Assembly: GCA_951406725.2 (NCBI GenBank)
Contig: OX597821.1
Coordinates: forward strand, 5,890,001 to 5,954,000
Direction of reading: 5' to 3'
Origin: Octopus vulgaris
Taxonomy: Eukaryota
Length of the DNA: 64,000 nt
Shown: one piece after another, positions 54,765 through 64,000 of the stretch
How the letters are laid out: every line of letters begins with the position of its first letter
How positions within the stretch are numbered: the stretch's first letter is position 1
Translations under genes and position numbers: made by a program
The notes under the pieces: model-generated
What the model saw: the letters and a program-made list of their open reading frames with translations, nothing else
The model's database searches: none
What the model was told of the DNA's origin: nothing

Positions 54765-56285
54765 ATGTTTGTGTGTCTCTGTTTGTCACCCCAACATCGC
54801 TTGACAACCGATGCTGGTGTGTTTATGTCCCCGTAACTTAACAGTTCGGCAAGAGACCTATAGAATAAGTACTAGGCTTACAAAAAAATAATTCCTAGGG
54901 TCAATTTGCTCGACTAAAGGCAGTGCTCCAGCATGGCCACAGTCAAATGACTGAAACAAATAAAAGAATATATATATATATAAACACACATACACACATA
55001 ACACACATAAAAATTTACAGAAACCACAGAAGAAATATTTCAGTTATATTTTGTCACTTTGAAAGATACAGTGTATGATTCACAGATGCAGATGCAGAGC
55101 TAGAGTGAGATCACAGAGAGGGATGTGGAGTGCCCCTTATAGTGCGTATTAGAGCACATGTCTATATAGAAAGTTTGTGGGGAGAAAGAGAATGGTAGGG
55201 AATAAAGTAGCCCTCTATATACTTTTATTGTTCAGTCAGATGGTGCTAGATTCTTCTACGATGGATGCGAAAAAAGCATGCCAAAGGAGCATGTTTCATA
55301 CGATATAAAAGAGAGAGAGAGAGAGAGAGGTGGATGTGCATAGCCAAGTGGTTATAGTGTTATATTCACGATCACAAGGTCTGTGGTTTCAATTCCTAGA
55401 CCAGGCGGCGAATTGTGTTTTTGAGCAAAATGCTTTATTTCATATTGCTCTGAGAACATTTCAACTTCTGACATTTGAGGCATGGCACACTTGTGCACCT
55501 GTACAGGCAAAAGTCAATTTGATGGAGGGAAAGAGTTTATGCGAACACAAGCATTTGACCACAATATACAAAGCATCTGTGTGGTTGTTCAGCAAGATCT
55601 TGCAGAACTCTCATCCGTCGTTCAATGAAGGAAGAATCCATAATACATACACATTTGGTAAGGTTTTACATATGTAATAGAGTAAATCAAGATAATCATC
55701 ATTAACGACCTTGAGGAAGGGACATAACTCTACTTGCTCCAGTTTACCTGACTGTCAAAACAAAAAAAGGTTCCACTCTGTAATTCAGTGACTGACAACA
55801 GAAAGGACATTTATTGCTCCAAATTAGCTGAGGAAGGGTCCTCAATTAAGCTAGAAAGGTCTTATGGTTTGCTCAACCTGTAAGAAAGGGAGCAACCAAC
55901 AACTATATTCTTTACAAAAGAAGAAAGGTCACGTTGGACAGCGCGGTCCTAGTTATAGCAAAAAATGGAATAGTCACACACAGAACGGTTTTCATCAATC
56001 AAAAGTCTGCTTAATCAGATTTGATCACAGACTAAACAACAGAAGCAAAACAAAAAAACAACAGAAAATTCTCTCAGTTTAGAAGAGATCAAAAATAAAG
56101 CTACAGGCAATGTACTTCCTCTTCAAGTTAATATAAAAACTAATTAAGTTAAGTGCAAAATAACAGATGTGTGTGTGTGTGGGTGTGTGATATAGAATAG
56201 GTAGCTATGACATGGTACAGGTAATAAATTAAGTTCAAATTCTGGCTAGAATTAGTAAATTTATCATTATGGTAATAACAATGAC

Positions 56286-56622
56286 AAGAAGCACTCAGAG
56301 AGTGCAAACCTCCACCAAGGCACCTTAACATCCTCTTAATGGTTAGCTGGAGATGATTTTTAAAACAAGAATAACTGAAATAAACTTGACTGCTCTCACA
56401 AATGAAGATACTAAAAATGAACCCAACCACTCTCAAAAATTAAGTGAAAAAAGAAGGAAAAATAATCCAGAATCCTTGTCCCGTACTGGATCGGTCCTAA
56501 AATCTAATCAGTTTGTGCCAGTCACGTGGTCAAACATCCCGGAAAGTTTCATCTGAATCCATCCAGGCGTTCTTGAGACATCTTGTCCATGGACAAACAA
56601 ACACGACTGAAAACAATGCCTC
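56286..56622 (-). mobile_element. HINE copy 3
   Basis: Reverse complement of the same element, with hairpin gcactcagagagtgc at 56291-56305. Confidence 0.7.
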
Positions 56623-56653
<31 letters not shown>

Positions 56654-57720
56654 AGTAGTAGTAGTAGAAAAGATTATCAATAACATTAACACACTAACTT
56701 TTTGTTTTGTATGTACCTGTTGTGTGTGTCACACTTACTTCAAAAAAAGTGGCAAAGCGAGAGAGGAGGACAGAGAGGAAGTAAGAGAGAGAGAGAAAAA
56801 GAGTAAGAGAGAGTGAGAGAGAAAGAGAGTGAAAGAGACAGTGAGTGGTGACGACATTCGTTTTGTGTTTTTAAATGTTTATCACATCGCAAGAGAAGTA
56901 GATACATAAATACACATACACGTTTTTAAATCAAAATCAGGAGACAAGAGCGACACAAAGGAAGTGAAAGAGAAAGAGAGGTAATGAGCGAGACAGCAGA
57001 TACGTAAATCCAAAGAAAAGTTCATACATAGATACAGAGACACAGCAAATATTGGATATCAATTTCACTTTGCATTACCACACAGGGATAAAATTAACTC
57101 ACAAATGGCTGAGTACTCCACACACGTAGTTCTCAGGGAGATTCAGCCTCACACAGAATATGACAAGGCTGGCCCCTCTGAATTACAGCTACCACTCGAG
57201 GCATTTATATGAATGTATTTGTGTGTATAGTTTAGGTTACTTAAAACATGTTTGCAATAGTAAGTGTCACATGGTGGAAATAAATGCAATTATCAAACTT
57301 TCATTCATAAATCCATCATTCTTTTGCATTTTAATTTGTACATTAAGGTTCTTTGAATATGTACAATATATTTTAAGGTTAAATAGTAATTCCATTCATG
57401 TTTGTGTGACAGATATTTTGGTTGGATTATATAGTCATTGGTGTTACATTACTTTCTATATTCTGTAACTGTCAGAATATACTTTCCCAGGCCTGAATTT
57501 TTGGTGGGGAGGGGGCCAGTTGATTAGATCGACCCCAGTACACAACTAATACTTAATTTATCGACCCTGAAAGGATGAAAGGCAAAATCGATCTAGGCAG
57601 AATTTGAACTCAGAATGTAAAGACAGACAGTCATAATATACAAACATTTCTCATGGCACCAATGCTCTGTTTACAGATGCTTACATTTTGTTTTCCATGA
57701 ATTTTTCACAAGACCAGCTA

Positions 57721-57770
<50 letters not shown>

Positions 57771-59217
57771 TTCTAATTTCAGCACAAGGCCAGCAATTTT
57801 GAAGGGAGGTGTAAGTTGATTACACTGACCCCACCCCCAATACTCAACTGGTACTTATTTTATCAACCAATAGAGGATAAAAGATAAATGTGACCTCATC
57901 AGAATTTGAAATTCAGATTGTAAAGAACCAGAGAAAAAAATGAGACAAAGTATCTTGTACGGTGTACTAACAATTATGCTCACTTTCCAGACTTAATATA
58001 ATAATAATAATAATGATAATAATAATGTTCTGCCAGTGCTTGTAATTTTTCTTGTGTCTGCTTTGGTGCTTATTGCAACAGTAATAGGAGCTGTTGTTGT
58101 TGTTGTTGTTGCTGTTGTTGTCATCTTTAAAACAACAGTATCTTGTTTGCTGTGTGCAAAAAATTCTTCAGAGCAATACTAGCAGCCATGTCTGTCAAAG
58201 CAAGGCAATTAATTAATAACAAGACTCGTTTCATTGAATGGACAAAGAGACAGTCACCGCCACACCGAAAAGAGAAAAAGAAAAAGGAAAATATCTGAAG
58301 AAAAGAAATAGAGAGCTTAGAGGTGGTAGATAGCGAATACTAATGAAGATGTCTCAGCAAATTCTACTTGTCTGCAGAAACGGTTTTTGCCCCTCCCTTC
58401 AAAGTTAGCTAATCAACAGAATGAAAAAAATTGCTTCCTAATGATCAACTTTCCTCTTGAGGCAAGAATGACAGGGAAACTGGAAAGTAGGTGGGTCCTG
58501 TAATAGTGAGAGGCACAAAGAATCAGGCGAGATGTAGAGTCAGGATGGATGTCGTGGCTTCTTTGGTTACACTGATGGAAGCAGTGTGTGACAAATAGGA
58601 GAGATCCCTGGATGGGCCACATTACTCCATAAGAAGCATAGGGCCACTTTCTCAGGCATATGTATTCATCCCTGGATGGGACACCAGTCTATCACAGGAT
58701 TAATTACTCATTTACTCATTTTTACCAGCTGTGTAGACTGGAGCAAAATGAAATGGAGTGCTTTGGCTCAAGAACACAACACATTGCCAAGTCCAGGAAT
58801 TGAAACCACAGTCTGACAATCATGAGTACAATGCCCTAACCATTAAGCTATGTGCCCCCACACTACCATCCTTACTCATACCAACAGCATATTTCAATAA
58901 GATAGAGAAGAAGAGGGAATGATAGTACTATGAGCAATCACTAGGGGTGAAAAAATATAATGTTAAGAAGAAAGAAAGAAGCAACGATGGCAGGCAAGAG
59001 AGAGTGCAGTCTGTGTCTAACCGAGAAGAGACTCACAACCTTCCTTAGATTGGAAAAGTGATGCAAGGGATGAGAGAGATAGAAGGGAGCAAGGGACAAA
59101 GGTACAAGAGTGATATAGGTGTTAGAAGGGTGAAAGGCTATTAAAGAGGTCAATGATGTAGACTTGATAGTTGATAAATGTGTATGTGTGCTTGTGTGTG
59201 TATGCGTGTGTATGTGG

Positions 59218-59248
<31 letters not shown>

Positions 59249-59315
59249 GGACAATAAACATTAAGGCAAAGCAAGGATCTCAAGTCATATGCATTATTAT
59301 TATTGGGAAAAAATT

Positions 59316-59379
59316 CAACGTCTTACAGCTATTTCTGGGATATCCCAGAGTATGGGATATTCCGTCATCAGAGACATTA
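59316..59379 (-). ncRNA. Minimal type I hammerhead ribozyme with intact core
   Basis: Minus strand reads UAAUGUCU-CUGAUGA-CGGAAUAUCCCA(UACUC)UGGGAUAUCCCA-GAAA-UAGCUG-UA-AGACGUUG. Stem I is 8 bp, stem II is long, stem III is 2 bp with palindromic loop AGCU. GUA triplet; predicted cut between 59324 and 59323. Confidence 0.85.
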
Positions 59380-59406
59380 ATCTAGACCCTTCTCATTTTC
59401 CCTATT

Positions 59407-59465
59407 TGCCTCTAATGACGGAATATCCCATACTCGAGGATATCCCAGAAACAGCCGTAAGATTT
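59407..59465 (+). ncRNA. Inverted hammerhead copy with core mutation, likely inactive
   Basis: CUAAUGA (G5 to A)-CGGAAUAUCCCAUACUCGAGGAUAUCCCA-GAAA-CAGCCG-UA-AGA. This is the mirror copy of 59316-59379. Confidence 0.7.
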
Positions 59466-59993
59466 TGAATTTCTTCCAATAATAATAATGTCTATGACTT
59501 GAGATGTTTGCCTTGCCTTAATGTTTGACGTCTTGTTCAACAATTATATCTGCTGCATCAGAAATCTGCAATGGCTCCATAACTACCTTGGAGCCTTAGT
59601 AATCTGTTACAGCACTTACCTAGTGTACCTAATCGTTTAGATCACCCGTGAAATAAACCCCCATACATTATATATATATATATATAATGGCACGTAAAAA
59701 GCACCATCCGATCGTGGCCGTTGCCAGCCTTGCCTGGCCCCCGTGCCGGTGGCACGTAAAAAGCACCATCCGTCCGTGGCCGTTTGCCAGCTCTGTCTGG
59801 CACCTATGCAGGTGGCACATAAAAGGCACCCACTACACTCACGGAGTGGTTGGCGTTAGGAAGGGCATCCAGCCGTAGAAACACTGCCAGATTAGACTGG
59901 AGCCTGGTGCAGCCTTCCTGGCTTCACAGACCCCAGTTGAACCGTCCAACCCATGCTAGCATGGAAAGTGGACGTTAAACGATGATGATGATG

Positions 59994-60024
<31 letters not shown>

Positions 60025-63000
60025 TGCCTAGTGAAACAGCCTTCATTATCATCATCATCAATATTTTAATGCCCACTTTTCCATGCTTGTATGGGTTAGA
60101 CTGCGTTTATAGAGACATTTTCAATGGTCAAATGCTCCCCACTGTCGCCAACCTCACCTGTTTCCAAACAAGGTAGTATTTCCCGCATGGCCAGACATGT
60201 TTTTGCAGAATATTGGAAATGAATGACTATCATTTACAACCATTACATCATGGTGACAGTTGATGATAATTAAGATGATGCTGATGATGATGATAATGAC
60301 AATCGTGATCACGATGATGATGTAGATGATGATGATGATGATGACGATGACGATGGTGATGATGTTGAGCATGATGCTGCTGATGATGATAATGACCCTT
60401 TTAAATCCTTCCACCGCCACCACCACCATCATGAACAACACTATTATGACCTCTACTACAATCCACTGAATCACACACACACACACCACCACCACCACAC
60501 CACTACCACCCAGTATATCAGTTAATAATCAATCAACCAGGAATAACCAATTTTTAACCATACTTCTTTTAGTTGCTAAATCCATCCCATTTCTTCATTA
60601 ATCACAAAAGCCATCACTACCACCACCACCACCACCACCACCACCATTATCATCATCATCAACATCAACAACAATGTCATTAGACTTATCCTCATTATCA
60701 CCATTACCATTATTACTGCTGTCACCTTGATAACCACACCATCATTATACCATCGCCTCTTTCATCAGCCTTCTCTTCGATATCAACACCATCATCATCA
60801 TCATAACATAATCGTCTTTATCATTATTACCACCATCACCACCACTGTCAGTCTTTCCTTCATAATTATTAATATCACCATCATCACAACCATCATCATC
60901 ACAACCATTATCATCATCACAACCTTCATCCTCTTCACAACCATCATCATCATCACAACCATCATCATCATCAACATCACAACAATCATCATCATCAACA
61001 TCACAACCTTCATCATCATCACAACCATCACCATCATCACAACCATCACCATCATCATCATCACAACCATCATCATCATCACAACCATCACCATCATCAT
61101 CATCACAACAATCATCATCATCATCATCACAACCATCACCATCATCACAACCATCACCATCATCATCACAACCATCACCATCTTCATCATCACAACCTTC
61201 ATCATCACAACCATCATCATCATCATCACAACCATCATCATCATCACAACCATCACCATCATCATCACAACAATCATCATCATCATCATCACAACCATCA
61301 CCATCATCACAACCATCATCATCACCATCACAACCATCATCATCATCACAACTATCATCACAACCATCATCATCAACATCACAACCTTCATCATCACAAC
61401 CATCATCATCATCATCACAACCATCAACATCATCATCAGTACCCCCACTGTCACCAGGGGGGGAGCACCAACGCTGTCACTGTGCCTGTTAAAAAATGCA
61501 GCTATACACCCCTCAAACCACATGCTGTCATCTTTAACCCTTTCAATACAAACAACTCAGTCCTCCATTCTATGACACAAACTTCAAATATTCCAAAGTG
61601 ATTTCAATTACAAACTTCCATCAAAATTTCATGTTAATTTATGTTCCAAACACCTGGTCATTAACAGCAAAATTATTTAATTAGATTGTTTGTTATTTTC
61701 AAAATTAATTGAAACAATCGCAGTGTATTTCAATAGAGATATGGTTACTCTTTTACTTGTTTCAGTCATTTGACTGTGGCCATGCTGGAGCACCGCCTTT
61801 AGTCGAGCATATCAAGCCCAGAACTTATTCTTTGTAAGCCTAGTACTTATTCTATCGGTCTCTTTCGCCGAACCGCTAAGTGACGGGGACCTAAACACAC
61901 CAGCATTAGTTGTCAAGCAATGTTTGGGGGGGAGGGACAAACTCAGACACACAAACATATACACACACATACATACATATATATATACATATATAAATAT
62001 AAACGACAGGCTTCTTTCAGTTTTTGTCTACCAAATCCACTCACAAGGCTTTGGTCTGCCTGAGGCTATAGTAGAAGACACTTGCCCAAGGTGCCACGCA
62101 GTAGGACTGAACCCGGAACCATGCGGTTGGCAAGCAAGGTACTTACCACACAGCTACTCCTATGCCTATTATAAAAAGGGGTTTATAAAAAGGGGTTAGA
62201 AATTTGGAAAAAAAAGAAAAAAAGAAAACTGGAGTTCATTTGTATAATGTACATGGATGAATTGTTTCAAAATAAGATGAGATGTTCATGGTCAGAATTT
62301 TTACTCGAGTTTAACCTGGGGTTAAACAATATCATCATCATCATCATCGTCATCAAAGTTACCATCATCATCATCATCATCGCCTGCATTAACATTAGCA
62401 TCACCATCAACTGCATAACCATCGTCGTCAAAGTCTTCGTCTTTTTCCCCTGTCATTACAGCCATCATCTTCATTAGTCTGCCCTGCCCACCCCCTTCTC
62501 TGCCTCCTCCTCCTCGTCGTCACCACCACCACCACCACCACCACTACCATTTCTAGCAGCACCATGGATTTTCATAATTTTCTGTCAACATAGTCATCAT
62601 TTCAAACTTCATCATCATCATCATCATCACCATCACCATCATCATTAGTCAACCCCTTACCCCTCTGCTTGTGGCTATACCTTTCTCCATTTTACACAAC
62701 TGCATCATTAAGCTGATCCTAAATGATGACGTCGTTAAACAATCATCACCCCCCCCCCATCATCATCACCTTCAACATCATCCTCAGCAAACCTTCAACA
62801 TAATCATCATCATATTCATCATCATCATCATCACCATCATCTCCACTATCACTGTTAACCCTCATCACCAACACTACTACTATCATCATCATCATCATCA
62901 TCATCAGTGCCTACTCTACAAGACTGGACCCAGAATCTCACGCACACACACATACACACACACAATCCATCCCTCTCATTCATTCTTCTACTTCTCTCGC

Positions 63001-64000
63001 GATCAATCAAGTGAAGTGACTCTCAAGCAATAACAACCCCCACCCCCACCACTACCACCACCACCACAACCGCCACCACCCTGGCCAATAATGCCATCAC
63101 TACTTTCTAGTCAGTCAAGTCAATGAATGTATTTATATATGCATATGTATGTATGTATGTATGTATGTATGTGTGTGTGTGTGTGTGCATATGTGCATGC
63201 ATGTGTGTGTGTGTTGATGTAAAGATAGATATATTATAGAAAGCATGTGTGTGCGTATAGATTACATATGTATACTTATGAACTTATAATCTTACATATA
63301 TACATATATGTGTGTGTATACATACACACACACAAACACACATCATCATTTTAAGTTTTTTTTTTCTTTTTGTTTCGCATGGCTCAAGCAGGGTTTACTG
63401 AGGTAAATTTTCTACAGATGGATGCTGTTCCAGTCAGGAACAGCATCGGCCCTGAGAAAACTACCTCTACAAATTTCACCTGATCCAAGCAAGCATAGAA
63501 AGGTGGAAAGGAAAACGACGATGACAATGACGATGATGACACCATATTCTTAATATGCCTGCAAATCCCCCATTTAACGGGATTGTGGACAATTTGAAAA
63601 TACAGCATGGAGTGACAACCTCACTTAGCATAGTTACAGACTGCAATTTGGCAAGGCAAAGCACCTGTTCAGGTACCGTGTCAGGGACAGCAGAATGGCA
63701 GATTGTGAAGAGGCAATGGAAGAACCCAGCTGAGCCAATGGTGCTTCTGGAATTGATGCTGAGCAGAAGATCAATAGATCAATAGTCAGGATGACGAAGC
63801 TTTATCAAAAAGATAACTCCAACACACCAGGGGTGTGTAATCAGCTAATGAAAGATTGATTATAACTCAAGTTCACAATTCAAATTAGAATTGGATGGTG
63901 ACAGAAAGAGAGAGAGAGAGAGAGAGAGAGACTTCCTTCAGTCATGAATGACCATGGAATTGCACCTAGGCACAAGTCCAAGCAAGGTTATTCATGGAAG

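Larger units (their letters stand above)
59249..59668. mobile_element. Fold-back Penelope-like pseudo-LTR fragment in (TA)n
   Basis: Inverted arms at about 59249-59376 and 59407-59532 each carry a hammerhead. The right arm extends to AATAAA (59652) and a (TA)n tract; (TA)n also lies on the left. Confidence 0.7.

Noticed and set aside
55825-55868. CUGAGGA...GAAA spacing
   Set aside because: Neither stem II nor stem I can be formed.
1306-63785. Most ORFs of the supplied track (poly-YI, HT, VC, V, T, H, M, I and similar)
   Set aside because: They are translations of di-, tri- and tetranucleotide repeats or SINE bodies, open in several frames on both strands, with no domain signal.

Overview
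AT-rich, gene-poor animal DNA dominated by microsatellites and transposon remnants. The SINE repertoire (CORE-, Meta-, Deu- and V-type tRNA SINEs, RTE-tailed elements) suggests an octopod cephalopod, which is an inference. Almost every ORF in the supplied track is a microsatellite or repeat artefact. I found one convincing host coding exon, absent from the ORF track: the terminal exon of carnosine N-methyltransferase (CARNMT1) at 13621-13722 on the minus strand. No upstream CARNMT1 exon was recognisable in the following 50 kb. Mobile DNA includes a DD37D (maT) Tc1/mariner element, mariner, piggyBac and hAT MITEs, a non-autonomous Helitron, Helentron-type HINEs, and Dong/R4 and RTE LINE fragments. 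The most striking signal is five minimal type I hammerhead ribozyme motifs at three loci. Two of these loci are fold-back elements inside (TA)n tracts that each carry a head-to-head ribozyme pair, a Penelope-like pLTR architecture. Also noted: a four-level nested insertion, an E-box minisatellite grown inside an RTE-tailed element, a CTCF-like site, a candidate recursive splice site and inverted SINE pairs. All calls were made by eye and boundaries of degenerate repeats are approximate.
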